Part shown: positions 63,701 to 64,000 of the stretch, piece by piece
How the letters are laid out: every line of letters begins with the position of its first letter
Position numbering within the stretch: the stretch's first letter is position 1
NCBI GenBank assembly: GCA_963734995.1
Contig: CAVTJD010000004.1
Location: 23,910 to 87,909, forward strand
Length of the DNA: 64,000 nucleotides
Direction: 5' to 3'
From: an uncultured Chloroflexia bacterium
Lineage (GTDB): Bacteria > Chloroflexota > Limnocylindria > Limnocylindrales > CSP1-4
Notes under the pieces: model-generated
Databases searched by the model: none
Seen by the model: only the letters and a program-made list of their open reading frames with translations
Told to the model about the DNA's origin: nothing
Translations under genes and position numbers: made by a program

Positions 63701-64000
63701 TGCGCCGGTAGTTCTCGGCGTTGTTGGCGAAGAAATGCTTGGGCGTCGAGACGACCTTGGTGTACAGCGGGTCGCCATTCTGCATACCGCCGACGAACTG
63801 GCTGCCGATCTCGCCCACGAGGTACGGATCTTCCCCGTACGACTCGTCGGCGCGGCCCCAGCGGGGGTCACGGGCGATGTTGATCGTCGGTGACCAGTAG
63901 GTCAGGTCGCGGTTGCTGGAGATGTTGTAGGCCCGGGCCTCATCGGAGATCGCGGATGCCATCTCGTTGACCAGGTCCCGGTTCCAGGTGGCGGCGATGC
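60702..64000 (-). CDS. large multidomain GH3 family beta-glucosidase/xylosidase with C-terminal Ig-like/beta-sandwich domains; 5' end likely beyond window
   Basis: GH3 motifs RDPRWGRADESYGEDPYL, KHFFANNAE; more than 600 aa of additional beta-rich domains; catalytic N-terminal barrel appears truncated at window edge. Confidence 0.8.
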   Translation of the reverse strand, partial: IAATWNRDLVNEMASAISDEARAYNISSNRDLTYWSPTINIARDPRWGRADESYGEDPYLVGEIGSQFVGGMQNGDPLYTKVVSTPKHFFANNAENYRRNGDSVLTERELREYYTPAFGELLGENGAGAHSTMTAYNEVNGVPVSASTEYVQDLARRTWGFDGFITTDCDAIRDIWDRHVWTPDGWDHPVNKTEASAYGIKAGADLDCSSWSYRDTLPDARDQGLVTEDDLDVVLVRVFAERMRLGEFDPAADVQWRSNEYTTANQLHSAAHVATADQMSNEAPVLLKNEAPIGGSTPALPLQPEDADNIVLLGYLGREYNLGGYSGNPSPAPRTPQVALNAAIQAYAPGASVTQIDGITPRYGQKPGVLGVTFLDDVNAVTFTSDPPPRVRNDTWDWLGWRGIQYDPVSSNPTPMMPNADWGGVFSVSTTLPDGTTQVAVRQQGNGTTNPTNNNSIYAGGSFVVHEGSETGPVVATVPANGASSSATYVPYTGTTGSPVSLYFVYQPPAYSVGLTPEQQEQVRNADAVVVYVGTRNNESAEEMDRYSLDLPRYQDQLAKLAAELNPRTVVWIQAVGQMNIESFRLPWTYDDGNGVQTYKVPSIVWSNYNGQQQGEAFARILFGQANPSGKLTFTWYADQSQLAHINDYRLAPTADTYGRTYEYFTGDVAYPFGYGLSYSTFQYSNDRIVGHAGVAGDDTITFAVDVTNTSSVAGQEVVELYVTAPGADGVNRPLRQLKGFDKVAIGAGETRTVEIPVKVADLWFWDDQTHAKTWDRGAWTYSIGTSSEPGLTGHFAVTGPPTVGLNVVRVIPDGVALNTAAPMDTIHANLSATRTDDSFFDLSTVDVTYTSSDPAVATVTSTGTVSPVGTGVATITATVTADGQSKSDTFPVVVYAGAYVADEATRFADMVAFGDTAVSLSQADDGIQLSAAVVPAAEATYEFKLALSEPNTAGATVTPDGMFTATSAGYARVTVVADIAGTKVSRTATVTVTDPTLASVSTGVVEVVRAGGSLPVTVAGFPAGSTVDLALGSKKSKADAPMFLDQVLIEPDGTGSAVVTVPEATAPGAYLIIASQGEDRTETPVTVSSAHSRPPGS

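Overview
This window is high-GC (about 72%) core chromosome, apparently from a deep-branching Actinobacteria-like organism. Gene order is hrcA-grpE-dnaK, both LexA boxes are Cheo-type, and lepA is followed by hemW. Coding density is high and the minus strand carries many long spurious antisense ORFs.

Content in order:
- A partial YgjP-like metallohydrolase.
- A disaccharide utilisation locus: GH1 beta-glucosidase, GH3 hydrolase, ABC sugar permeases and binding protein, ROK kinase and ROK regulator.
- A TetR/oxidoreductase pair with tandem palindromic operators.
- tRNA-Tyr and tRNA-Ala.
- A LexA-box-controlled imuA'-imuB mutasome operon with a coupled small Trp-rich ORF. It is separated from a LexA-box-controlled, insertion-bearing dnaE2 by three paralogous minus-strand micro-peptide genes and a lipoprotein.
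- A 1196-aa surface-anchored LTD plus four OB-fold protein next to a nucleoside phosphorylase.
- gap-pgk-eno.
- rpsT with a long Ala/Lys-rich histone-like tail.
- pgi, beta-carbonic anhydrase, lepA, a frameshifted hemW, and CIRCE-hrcA-grpE-dnaK.
- A complete TetR-preceded menaquinone operon menF-D-H-B-A-C-E-G, in which MenE is fused to an alpha/beta hydrolase.
- An MFS transporter, an ABC-2 exporter, a repeat-rich 650-bp noncoding region, and a large partial GH3 enzyme.

No CRISPR array, integrase, transposase or phage genes were seen. Two genes (GH3, hemW) look frameshifted. All coordinates I derived by eye may be off by 1-2 nt.
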